A DNA stretch of 63,315 nucleotides, the filler included, from Kipferlia bialata (Eukaryota), in NCBI GenBank assembly GCA_003568945.1. It is 4 parts of 4 records of this genome, joined end to end, with 100 filler letters (N's around TTAATTAATTAA, not from the genome) between each part and the next. Parts side by side here need not be neighbours in the genome. Positions count along the whole stretch, not along the records: positions 28,774 to 54,042 come from BDIP01000042.1; 3 more parts are not named here. One strand, 5' to 3'. This document shows positions 32,252-44,700 of the stretch, piece after piece; position 1 is the first letter of the stretch, and every line of letters begins with the position of its first letter. The notes below the pieces were generated by a model, which had not been told where the DNA came from, searched no databases, and was given only the letters and a program-made list of their open reading frames with translations. Both the position numbers and the translations under genes were made by a program.

Positions 32252-35200
32252 ATGTCCTCCATGGGTGATCTAGGAGGCCCGGGTGGCATGGACGATGCGC
32301 TGATTGAGGAGGCAGAGCTGCTGTACGAGGCCATCGAGGTCCAGGAGGGGAGGGCCGGCCCCCACTCCAGCCACTCCCCCCTGGGGGTGATGCGTGCATT
32401 CGAAAGGTATCTATATCATTTATTGGTCGTATCTGTGTGCTTCTCTCACCGTCTAGGTTTGATGCCAACTTCTTCGGGGCTCTGCTGGGTTCCTCGTTTG
32501 ATGCACGGGAGTTTGGTCTGTCCAGTCTGATGTTCCTCTACTCCCACCCTGTGTGGGCTGTGTCGGCAGGTACCGCTATGCACCTGATTATATATGTGTA
32601 CTCATATTGCCACACAGTATCTCTTCCCAGAGACCACACGCATATCCCTGGTTCTCATTTTATGCTCACTCTCCAGTATCAGTATCAGTATCTGATGTAC
32701 TCACTCTATCTCACTCTCCAGTATCAGTATGAGTATCTGATGCACTCACTCTATCTATCTCACTCTCCAGTATTAGTATCAGTATCTGATGCACTCACTC
32801 TATCTATCTCACTCTCCAGTATCAGTATCAGTATCTGATGTACTCACTCTATCTATCTCACTCTCTAGTATCAGTATCAGAATCAGTATCTGATGCACTC
32901 ACTCTATCTATCTCACTCTCCAGGCTTGAGGGTGCTGCCCCATGTGGTTGACTCCCTGTACGCACTAGTGGAGGGAGACCTGGCTGTCTGTACGGCTGTC
33001 CTGGATAAGGGAAGACCTCAGCAGAGGGAAAGGGAGAGAGAGACCCTGCACAGAGTGGGTGTCAGCATTGGCACTGCCCTCTGCTGTCTGTCCAGTGCCC
33101 TCATGCACTGGTCAGACCCAGGTATACAAGTATATATGTATATGTGTATGTATACATATATATGTGTGTGTGTCTGTCCAGTGCCCTCATGCACTGGTCA
33201 GACCCAGATGTGTATGTATCAGCCGCCGCACTCATGTTGCATATGCATCTGGTATACTCACACTCCGAGACCCCTTGGTGTACGTATCTGCTACTGCCCT
33301 CCAGCCTCTGATCCCAGACACCTTGATGTACATATCTACCACTGCCCTCTAGCCTCTGATCCCAGATACCTTTGCCAGAGGAGTGGGCCAGGCATGCGGC
33401 AGGCGGGATGGCCTGTGTGACGGAGGCCCCAGAGAGTCTGGTGCCTCTCTGCCTGCGGAGAGGCCCGAGCTCTTGCTCCTGTCCCCTGTTGACAGGCACC
33501 TGCCCCTCTCCGATACACCAGACGCTGTCCCAGAGACACCCCTGAGACTGCTCTTCCTGCTCAAGGTATTGACCTATTCTATATACTCTCAAGAGGAGTC
33601 ACTTGTGTATGGGAGACACAGACTCCCGGTGCTGACTCCTTTCTGACCATCATCTCTTCTCTCACCCTCTAGGCCCTGCCCGCCCTCCCCACCTATGTGG
33701 CTGACCTGCCCATCCAACAGACATCAATGCCACTGAACAGGGTGTGTGTTATGTGTTCAACTATCCTGTGTGTTATGCATCCCAGCACACCTCACAGCCT
33801 ATTGCTAGTACGACATGTCCCTCTCTGTGCCTCCCTCACCCCTCAGGGCATGACCGGCACTGAGGGCAAGAACACGCAGTACACAGTGGGGGCCGCTGCC
33901 TGCCACACTGTGTTCAGACTCATGGTGCTGCCAGGTACATCTCATAGTTACTGATACTGTACATCTACTACTGATACTGATACTCATACTCATGGTGCTG
34001 CCAGCTGCCTACCGTGTATGTGTATATAGTAGATGAATAGCAGGACGTTGTTCCGATTCACCTTCCCCATCCCTGTCTCACCCCATGCCTCCGTGCTCCT
34101 GATGTTCTGAGGTCCATGGCCACAACTGGGTCTTCCAGATACGCCAGGTGGGGTATATCGTCTTGGATGAGAATATTTTTCAGTCATCATAGTCTCTCCC
34201 CCCCACCTGTGTCTCACCCAGGCTGCGGTCTGCCTCCCCGTCAGGTGCTGTGGCTCTCTATGGCCTCAGACAGCTGATGGAGAGTATAGTTGCCAGGGAC
34301 GACGCCTCCAAGTTCAGGTATCATCAAGCTATGTCTACACATATCTACACCAGTTTCATTAGTCTTGCAATACATATTGGTGTTTCGTGTACCACCTACC
34401 GTTTGTGCCTCACTCCACCCCTATGCCTCACGCTCCTAGGCTGCTAGCCCTCCTCATCCACCTTCTCACATGGTCCCCACTGGACAGAGAGTCTGAGATC
34501 CCCATGATGCCTGCTGTTGACACCGTGCAGTGCCATCCATTCCTTGACCTCCTGTGCGACCATACTAAGTCCTCACAGCCACTTGCTCGGCTGCTGAGGG
34601 TCGCGGTGGGTGTCTGGGGGTCTAGGGTACCCACTGGTATCAGGTACGCCCCTGATAGTCACTATGGTTCTGATCAGACCCAGTCATCATGTCTCCACTC
34701 CGTACCCGTAGTGTACCTGTACCCATGCCCCTACCCTCACACCCAGACTCAAGTGCATGGTGTTGTGCTCCCTGCTCTTGGTTGTCAGGGACGTGCAACA
34801 GACACGTGGCATGGACGGAGGCCGTGCCCTCGCAGAGACCCCTATCACTGCCGGGGGGTATCTGTACTCTGAGGCACAGGAGCACATGAGGGGCATCCAG
34901 AGCGGGTCGCTCCTGTCTCCGCACCCCCTGCCGTCCCCCCTCTCTGTGCCCGCACCCTGCACCTGTGGGAGTGAGTACCTGCCTCCGATGCAGCGGGTGG
35001 TTGGGGAGAGGGCCGGTGCGCTGTGGCTCAGGTCCTGGCTGGTCAAGTGCAACCTCATATCCACTGCGGGACTCTCCATCGTGGGTGTGGATGGTGACAC
35101 TACCCCCAGTGTCATCAGTGCCCCAAAGGGTCTGGAGGATGCAGAGACAGACGCTGACCCTAGCGGTGGTGCCCTGCCCCCCCCCTCCTCTATTGATTGG

Positions 35201-35916
35201 TACATGGCCACCCATGCCGGGACTGTGCTCAGACTCTGTGCCGCAGAGGCAGCCTATCTACTAGCCCCGGATAGTGGCAAGGAGGGCGTGTTCAGGCAAG
35301 TGTATCTATACCTTAGTGCCGCCAATGTCTCTCTCTCTCTCCTTCCCTCATCATTTCCCCTATCCGTGTCTGACTGTTAGGTTTGGAGGTGTCCTCCCTA
35401 TCAACGCATCCCACCGCACCCGGTCGTCTGTGCACATGCTCTGTTCCACTTATGCCAACACCCTGACCTGTCTGCTGCATGTGCTGGACCAGTGCACAAG
35501 GTGCTGTCTCTGTTATATGGACTCTCAGAATATGTCTTTGTTCACCAATGCCCCCGCTTAGCTGTTTATGCCACCCCTCTCTCCTACTCTCCTCACCACT
35601 AGGGCAGTTCCTAGCATGGATGATACCGACAAGGCCGCCTGTCTTGACCTTCTGAGACAGACCCACAGCATGCTCTACTCATATCTCGCAGTGTGGCTGC
35701 CAAGGGTCCCTGACATTGTGAGGTGTGACCACTTGTCTAATGCAAAACGCCACTTGACTGCTATATATATATATTTATATATATATATATAGTGTGTGTG
35801 TGTATTACGGTTCTGTATATACCTGACTACCTCGTTGTGTCTGACCTCAGGGACGGTGTGGAGCATTGCAAGCAGACCCTCGAAGACATGCAGCGCGTGG
35901 TGCCTGGACTGCAGGT

Positions 35917-35947
<31 letters not shown>

Positions 35948-38748
35948 TTGTCTCTAGTGCAGCCCCTCTCTCTTTGCTGTATGGGTCCCACTAGGTTGGG
36001 TCCACCATATTCTCTATATCTAGTCTTCTGTTCCTACCATCCTCCTTCTTACGTTCCAGTCGCTCTCCTCTGAGCCCATAGTGTACCCTGCCACTTGCGA
36101 TAGAGAGAGAGAGAGACAAGCAGAGGGGGATGGGGCAGAGGGGGACGATGGCGCCCTGAGTCGTCTCAATGCCAGGCTTTCCTTGCCCTCCATCCCTCTC
36201 CCCTCCCACCACACACAGCCACCTAGTGTGGACGTGCCTTTGGTACAGGTGGGCATTCCATACGGAATCTGGTATTTGTTTGATATTCTTTACACTTCAT
36301 CATGTAGATACTTTGAAGTGGGGCCTTGTTTGACAACATGTGCTTATCCATTTTGATCTGCATTGTTCCATGTCTAACCCATTAGATTAAGCTAGAGGCC
36401 GGGTTCAGTGCCACTGGGTACGGGTCTGGAGTGGAGACAGCCCTGCCCGACAAGGCCAAGGTAATGTTGTACTGCCATATTACTCTTTTGATATTTTGTT
36501 ATCCTGGTGTATCGTATTCAGTACATGTCATATGCACTCCTTGATCCGTACTGCATCTCTCTCTCCCTCCCACCCCAGGCTCTTGTCACTGCCCCTGTGT
36601 CCAAGTATCTCCTGTCTCTGGCCCAGCACCACTGCCCCCCCGGGTGCATGTGCCCTGTATGTCCCCAGGGGGAGTGCGTCTATGAGGGGCTGGGCCTCGA
36701 CCCCTTCCACTCCGCATTCTTCGCCAATTCAGCAGGTAGGGTCTTCGAGTTATCTCTCTCTCTCTCTCTCTTTCTCTGACCCCAGGTGCCATGGTGTCAC
36801 TGCTACACGCCTGTGGAGGTGGAGGTGACCTGGAGCTGCGGCTACGCGGTGCCAGGTGACTGACACCTGATATATGTATCAAGTGTTTGCAGTATATATT
36901 CATTTCACCATTACAGTGATACATTCATTAATACCAAGGCTTGTGCACACACCCTTCGCCCCCGATAGAGCTGCTGCCCACCTGGCTGCCACTGGAAACG
37001 CCAAGGGTCCCAGGCTTCTCTACATGCCCAGCTTCGACGGCACCCAGTACCACGAGTCAGCTGAGGCCCTCATACGCACAGACTCTCTCTCCGCCCCATA
37101 CTTCGCCTACGTCCCCCTCTCCCCTGGATGCTGTCTGCCTGCTGCCCCTCTGCCCCACTACCCATGCCTGGCCCTGCCTGAGCGGTGTACGTCTGATCTC
37201 TCCCTGGCCCACCCCATCGACGCCGTGTGCCCAGTCTCGCTGAGTGCCAGGGCCCAGCCCCTCCTGCCACACGAGGTCCATGCTCTGGCAGCCATGGTTG
37301 TCCAGCCTGCCATGGGCGGTGGGCATCTCCGGAGCGTTGTGGCTCTTCTGCAGCCCCACATACTGAGGACCAGGGCTGTGCTGCTCTCCACGGGCAAGGC
37401 CAGACTCGGGTGGGTCAGGTGCCAGGTGCCGGGGCTCTGCGCAGTCTACTCCACTCTCTCCAGACTGAGGCACACCAACCCGGCTGCGTATGGGCTGGAG
37501 CCCCTCCTGTGTCTGTACATGTCCCTCTCGAGCATCCTACTGACGGCCGAGTCCCCTTCTACCAAGGGGAAGGGCGTCTCGAAGAAGCACGCCGCGGTGA
37601 CCCTGCCATTACGGGTGGGAATTGCAGCCTTCCTCGGTGGATTCACTGCCACTCTGTCACCCGTGGAGCTGTGTGTCAGGGTGGCCCATACCGCTGTCAG
37701 ACACCACGCGGAGGCAGTGCTGACTAGACAGCTAGGCGAGTGGGTGGGTCAGGAGGGTAGGTCCAGTTCAGAGGCGCCCTCTCTTCCCTTCCTGCTCTCA
37801 ATGCCGACCTCGTCTGCTGGGTGGGCCGACAAGGCGTGCGTGCCGGTGCAGGACCCCTTCACGGGTCGGACCCTCACCCTCAGCGTGTATCTGCTCCCTG
37901 GCGTTGCACAGGCCTACACCGTGCTGCAGGGTCTGCTGGCCTGTACCGCCAGGCTGGTGGACGATGCCGATCTGGCCCTGCACTCCGAGCCGGACCTTGT
38001 TCTGGCCGAGCCCTACCAGGTGATGTGCGAGGGCCTTGGCCTCACCCTCAGCTGGACTGCAGTACAGAGGGCCGTCGCTGAGGAGGACAGCAGGCTGAGG
38101 CAGCAGGCCAGAGAGGACAGGGGTGAGACAGCAACTGACGCTGCAGACGCCCCTTCCGTGGATGTGCTGCCAGACCTCTCTCTCTCCCTCAGGGGTGTAC
38201 GCAGGAGGTGGCTGGGCAGGCCTAGATCTGCCAAGACAAACCCCCTCTACGACCCCTACCTAGTGTTGTCCACAGTGCTCATGGGCCAGAGGCTGCAGAC
38301 TGCCTTGGAGGCCACGGATGTCCTCGACACCCTCCAGGCTGACGAGACAGACGACGCCATCGTGTGTGTGTCCCCCGTGCTGGCAAGGTCCGTCATGTCC
38401 CACCCGAGACTCCTTGGCTGGCTCCCTAGTGTTGATGACGTGGCCACTTATGCAGCTCGTGTTGTACTTGCCGACAAGGACCCGTCCTCACAGGAGTCAC
38501 TCGTGGTTGGGACCCCACACGGCCTGTCTCCCTACCTGACCCTATCCATCGACGCAGGTGAGACGGTGTCTGCCGCCAAGGAGGTGGTGCGGCATACTGT
38601 GGCTGCGACCGAGGAGGAGCAGGCAGCAGCTCTGGTCACACTCTCTGCCGTACCACACCTGGCAGGTGGGGACTCTGTGGTGTGTTTGAGTGGGAGGGGA
38701 GGGGATGCAGTGGTTACACGCCTCCAGTTCCACAGGGAACATCAATAG
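32252..38748 (+). CDS. Large multi-exon hypothetical protein (helical, Leu/Cys-rich)
   Basis: About 18 exons join in frame from MSSMGDLGG... to ...LQFHREHQ*. Includes a GC-AG intron (35296-35380) and one ambiguous acceptor near 34086. Confidence 0.65.
32665..32923 (+). repeat. Tandem ~45-55-nt repeats of an intron 3' end (CTCACTCTCCAG plus (TATCAG)n)
   Basis: Six units; the last is the in-frame acceptor. Confidence 0.9.
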
Positions 38749-40421
38749 ATTCCTAAGTTGGATCTTGTCAAGTACACAAGCATTGAAAGACTGATCAGGT
38801 GGCTCTTGATGCCAGTCCCCGAGACAGGAGTACTTACTCCCAGCCATTCTACCCGCTCTCCTAAGCAGCCTAAATCCGAGTAATTCTCTCAAAGCAGGGA
38901 TTTTCAGTGAGTTCGCGATAAGATCCCTACTGAGATACAACGCTAAATAGATCAGGGTACAATATCAGGGAATTAGTAGGAGAGCCGGAGAAACTCCATG
39001 AAATTGCCGGCGAGATCTCTGAGCAATACAGCGTCGAGATCATGTCAGTCCTCATATAGTACTCGATATCCTCAGAAGGGACATTACCCCGATGAGGGTA
39101 CATACAACCCAAAAGCTTCAATTCAGCAGCAGTAACGACCCCGGTGTCCAGCGTAGCAGAAGCTGACATCCGGACCAGGATGGCGGGGTGGGAGGCCAAG
39201 TCCGGAGATGGATGGCTGGGGGAACCTCTCAAATAGAATGGTGCTCACAAGGCCGGCGCGACTGCTACTGCAGGCCAGCTGACAAAAGGTACCTTTTCAC
39301 AACCCTCTTTCACTCCTTTGGGTATCTTCCATGTACTTCTAGTATGTAATTTCTATGATAGGCTCGTACGATGATGCGTATGTAGTCAGTCTCACCGCTT
39401 TACCATGAAATGGAATTGAGTCCGACCTCTCCCTCAACCCTGCTGACAGATCGCCCTCACAGGGCATCCCCGTCTACTCACTCCCCAAGCAGTGGAGCCG
39501 GAACTATGTACACTGCAATGAACTTAGGGCGGTGGTTGTGTTCAGCGATTGCAACTGGTCCCGTTGAACTGGAGGAAGGTGTCACCAGAGAAGTTCGACA
39601 GGTCAGGTGCAGACCTTGTGGAGTCAATTAGCCCTCCTACTAGTTCTCCCCGGTTCTGTCCTGCTTTTCCAAGACAGACGTTAGTGTGTCAAAGCATCTT
39701 CGGTCTGCTCAAAAGGATGTGTTCGAGCTGACGCACTACACCTTAAGGTACCATATTCTATGTTGCTAGACCACAGACTGTGACATACTAATAATATGTC
39801 GCCAGCGATCGCTATTCAACGATGGGGTCCATCATTACAGGGAAAACAATTCTGTATTGACTGCTGTTCAGCCTCTATCAGATATGCAGTTGAGACAGCA
39901 GGAGTGTAGAAGTTTCCCACTTACCACTTACATGCCCCTAACAAGTCAGTGACGTCTATGTGCACCTATATTCAAAGGTCATATTAGACTCTAAGACTAC
40001 TCTAAGTTAGAGTAGTGAAATTACTGTTTATGAGAAGTTCTCATTCACCCTCTTCGGAGTTCTCCACGAGGTCGAAGATAGTAGGACGACTCAACCGACG
40101 TCGAAAGAACATAAACTCGCGGGCACTGATTACGCCAACAGGGTTATTGTGTCCAAGTCAGGAACCACTATTCAACACACTCGGACTCACTCTATTTAGA
40201 ACAACACAATAGAACACCCCTCAGATCACTTCCAGAAAGCACACTCTGTCATTCCTCTAGCCCTCCTTTATAGAAGAGTGGATAAGACCCCTAGTGGTAC
40301 CTAACGAGAGTCCTGAGGTAAGGATAATTACATCTACGCATTCAAGAAACGTATGCTACATCAGAAGGTGTCAGTCCCGCTCTCTGTCTATGTATCCAAA
40401 TCCAGTGGTATAGGTGTTACC

Positions 40422-41771
40422 TGCCGAGCATGTCCACCCTGAGTCCAGTCTCTCTCTCTGTCTGTGTGTCACTATATGTAGTATATACCTGTTCAGCAGG
40501 CCCTCCCTAAGTGTCTGCTTCACCACCCACTCCCAGGCAAGGGCGTCGTACTCGGTCTGCTGGGGGTGAGGGACAGAGTGAGAGAGAGGAGGATACAGGT
40601 TGTCGTTCTGACCTTCTCCTCTCCCTCCTACTGGATGCCCTCTTTCTCTCTATGCATATACGTGTGAATGCATCTGTGCCTACCTTCTCCTCCCCCTCAG
40701 CCGGGTATACCTTCTCCCCCTCCCAGTTGATACCCTCGATCTCGGCGTTGCAGCTGTACCAGATGACCCATATGAACTAATGGGTGAGGAAGGGGTGGGG
40801 CGACATGGGGGGGGGGATACTCCTAGGACCCAGTCCAACACTGGAAGGATCGACACAGAACACATGATTGTGAATGATATGAAGTACAAAATGATTACTA
40901 CGGATGACGCATACCTCAGGGATCATCTGCAGCTTGACGGTGCCCTTGGCCAGCTTGAGACGCTCTGCACTGGGTGTGTGAGAGAAGGAGAGGGGGAGGG
41001 AGACAGAGAGAGGGGGGGGAAGGAGAGAGTATCTAGCCTACAGAAGAGTGAGGGTAAGTATCGACTGCGAGGGGGTAGGGGGGGGTTGACAAACCATGTA
41101 TCACATCCTAGTAACTAGATGATATATACGCTCAGTGAACCTCACACCCAGACAACCCACAATAGGATGTATATGAAAGCAATGACACATAACTCACCCA
41201 TTCAACGTGTCAAGCTCGAGATCCTCTGCCAGCCTCAGGGCAGCGTCAGCCTGGGATAAGAGGAAAAGAGATAGAGAGAGAGAGAGACGCAGGGGAGGCT
41301 GGAGAGAGAGAGAAAGTCAGGGAGAGATGACTACCAACCACTACCGAACGTGCAGAGAGGTGTATACTTGTGTGTACCTGAAAGTGCTGCTCTGGGGTGA
41401 CCTCAAAGTTCCAAGAGTGAGCCAGTTTCTTTATCCTAGCGTGAGAAAGAAGGATATATGACCACACGCTACACCGTGAAGGGAATATACTCACTCGAGT
41501 GAAGAGAGAGAGAGAGGGAGGGAGAGAGAGAGAGAGAGAGGAACACACCCCAGTGCAATGAGTGCCTTGAGAAAGGCCTCACAGAGTTCACAAAAGTCCA
41601 GAAACTCCTCATCAGCCACAATAAGCTCCTCCTCTGTCATCTCCTCCTTACTCTCCTGCTCCCCTTGCACCTCAGGGTCAGAGTCACACTCCTCCTTCAC
41701 CATTGACTCAACAGTCTCCATCAATGCTGGAACCATGACCAAGAAAGAATGTCGGCGGTACCCAACCAACT
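40422..41771 (-). CDS. Multi-exon hypothetical protein (termini uncertain)
   Basis: In-frame exons ...MVPALMETVES...FLDFCELCEAFLKALIALG/IKKLAHSWNFEVTPEQHFQ/ADAALRLAEDLELDTLN/AERLKLAKG.../FIWVIWYSCNAEIEGINWEGEK.../QTEYDALAWEWVVKQTLREGLLNR/VDMLG. Confidence 0.55.
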
Positions 41772-42027
41772 GAAGGTGGATACGAGGGCAAAGAACAGAG
41801 AGGTACTCTACTTAACCAGAACGGTATTCGTTTCTCCGATTCTCCTCCGACTCTACCAATAACAGACTGTCACTAAGGTTGTCACAGATGGGTGGTAAGG
41901 GTTGTAGATGAGACCTTATCCCAGAAGAAAACCCGCAAGGCAAGCAACGGTCATGATGCGCGTTGCGTCCACGCCGACAACGCCACATACACGTCCTGGA
42001 ACATCATATGGGCTCTTCATGTGGTAT

Positions 42028-42243
42028 ATGAGTGTAATGAAGAGTGATCCTCTCCGTCACAGTGTCGACTCTTGGGAGAGAGAGTTAAAGGCGTTGTTCC
42101 CTCGCGAACAGTGGATTCATGAGTTGTGTGAGCAGGAGAGAGAGGTGGTATATAGGAGAGAGAAGAAGGAGAGGGAGAAGCAGGGGTTTGCCACTATTCT
42201 GTCCCAACAGAGTGACACCGAGGGCCCTCACCCTTGGAATTGA
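42028..42243 (+). CDS. Small intronless charged protein (~71 aa)
   Basis: MSVMKSDPLRHSVDSWERELKALFPREQWIHELCEQERE...KEREKQ...; shares FP...I and EREKQ with the gene at 43308. Confidence 0.4.
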   Translation: MSVMKSDPLRHSVDSWERELKALFPREQWIHELCEQEREVVYRREKKEREKQGFATILSQQSDTEGPHPWN

Positions 42244-42532
42244 GTAGAGTGGAGTTTTGAATGAAGCACGGGTGTGTGGGACATTCCAGTAAATGATGTG
42301 GTGTCGAAACGGGTATATTTCCTGGATATACTTAATTCCATTTCCTGGATTCCACTCTATTAGTTAAGAACCTGGAGAGGAATAAGGCATTCGGTGACCC
42401 CAAGGCCAACGACTACCAGAACGCCAACGAGGCCATGGGTAGGGCTGCATGATTTTACATTTTGGCACTTTTGCGGTGGGTAGTTCGATAACATCAAACC
42501 AGGCTGAGAGCTGCGTCCGACCTAAAAGAGGC

Positions 42533-43134
42533 CTATATCTTGGCCTCATAGATGGCCTTTGCAACACCAGCCTCCAGCATCGCCCTGCCCACCGTGAGGA
42601 GGTCTGCGACCCGCCCCTCCTTCCGCATCCGTTTCGCAAGCCTGATCAGCTCCTGGGGTCAGTATCTACGATATCCACAACTGGATGAGAACCACAACCA
42701 AGCACACTACACTACTATGCACACAAACCTTCTGCTGGGGAGTGAACCGTACTACAGGGGCCCCCTTGCGCATAGCCTCCCTGACGGCCTTTAGATGCCT
42801 GGAATGAGAATGAGAATGAAATCGACTAATCTGGAGCTTTCCTCAAAGGAATATATATCAAGTTGATATTATCAACTTAAAAGTCTCGTACCTGGCGTGG
42901 ATTTCGGAGTCCTCATCATACACCTCCTTGCTGTAGCCAGTACCGGCATCAGGTACGAAGTGTACGCTGTTGTGGAGGCGCCTCGAACGTGAGAGGAAGA
43001 ATAGACCCAAGCACTCATGAACAATTAGATCTAACAATAACACTGGAAAAACCATTGAGTACCACGTCACTGAATACTACACACTCAGAGTACCATTACC
43101 TCTCCATCCGGTGTCTACGAGCATCACTATCCAT
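42533..43134 (-). CDS. Small 4-exon basic protein (~104 aa), not captured whole by the ORF track
   Basis: MDSDARRHRMER|RLHNSVHFVPDAGTGYSKEVYDEDSEIHAR|HLKAVREAMRKGAPVVRFTPQQK|ELIRLAKRMRKEGRVADLLTVGRAMLEAGVAKAIYEAKI*; all introns GT-AG and phase-compatible. Confidence 0.7.
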
Positions 43135-43307
43135 CACAGACCCCGTATAAAAGCTTAGGTGCCAGTTATCTAGCCTTCGGAGTTATTCAGAGACTTAATA
43201 TGATGATGTGGCTTGCATGTGAACGATAACCGGAAACTTTCCGGATATTTTTCCCGGACCCTTTCTCGGCTTAGAGTTACGTCCAGTCTCTTTCTAGGAA
43301 GCAAGAG

Positions 43308-43772
43308 ATGGCAGACAAGACCCCACACGATAAGCTGGACCTGAGTGACTGTCCGGTGAAGGACACCAGGGACGCGGTAAGGCGCCGCCTCACTAGGCGG
43401 AGAGTGGACAGAATTGCTCTGTTCCGTAGCACTGAGGAGAGGGATGCACGGTGGGTCTCTAGTTTCCTCTCGTGTTCTCTCTTTGTACTGTGCGTTTGTG
43501 TTGCTGATGACAGGTTCCCCGCCCTGGCATTCATCCGCCGCCATGGAGATTATTGCGACAGACTGCCCCGCAGGCAGCTGCGTAAGGTTGGTCCCTCTCT
43601 TCCTCCCCCTCTCTCTCCCTCTCCCTCTCTCCCTCTCTATGTCCCTCTATCTTTTCCTCTCTCTTACCTCCTGAGCATCTGATATCAGCTTATAGCTAAA
43701 GGCGAGCGTGAGAAGCAGGAGCTCCTGGGCATGTTTGATGATGTGGAGAACGGGAGGCCTAGGAGACCCTGA
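43308..43772 (+). CDS. Small 3-exon Arg-rich protein (~99 aa)
   Basis: MADKTPHDKL...DAVRRRLTRRRVDRIALFRSTEERDAR|FPALAFIRRHGDYCDRLPRRQLRK|LIAKGEREKQELLGMFDDVENGRPRRP*; canonical introns. Confidence 0.7.
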
Positions 43773-44700
43773 TGCGATGTGTGTGGCTGATTTGTAGTGT
43801 ACTTCGTCCCCAGTGTGTGGGTGTGGGTGTGGCTGATCAGTATCGGAACTGCAGGGGGATTACATTATAGTATAATGATTATACTCATGTTCATAGTATG
43901 TAATACATACTATGTATAATTCATACTATGTATTCCCTAGTGTTAAGTGGATAAATTGTTGTCAATGGTTTGACTGTGACGAATGTGTATCTGTGGGTCT
44001 GTACTACTGATTCTTCCAAGCTCTGAGAAACTCCCAACGGAGGCACCCGCTCCCAATGCAGTGCTGGACTGTCCTGTGAATGATCCCCCGGACGCCACAT
44101 GTGGGTATGAATCATACTGACTCAGGGCCTGAGGAGAGGGATGCAAGGTTGGACTCTCGGTCTCTTTACTAGGCCTAGAGCCTCTCCAGAATTGGAGGAA
44201 TTGACATCAGACGCACAAGACTGGGTGTTGTGTGGGTGTTTGTGCTAGGATGAGTCTTTTTTGTGTATATCGGTAGATAAGTGTTCTTTCACTGGGTGTG
44301 CTGTGGCCACAGTGTGGGACAGTATTTTTACCGTCCCTGTGGACTATATACTGTCGGAGACGAGGAGAAGGACTGTTTCCTCCTGTATTCTGCTCAGCCA
44401 TCATATGTCCATAGGCAAGGTATTTCCTACAAGGTCTAGAATGATACGTTTGCCGTTTTCGCACACTCTAGTACTCTATGGTTGTCTTGTATCCATGAAC
44501 AGTATAGTAAACTGAGTATACTGAGGGTACAGAGTATACACACTGATAGTGAAGAGAGCACTAGGAAACAGTGAGAGAAGACTCCTACGACACCTTCATC
44601 ATGAACCAGTATACACAGCCAGACTACAGAATACTTGCCAGGGCAACTTGAAAACGACGAATATATTGAATGGACCGGTGTGGTCTGACGCCGAGACTGG

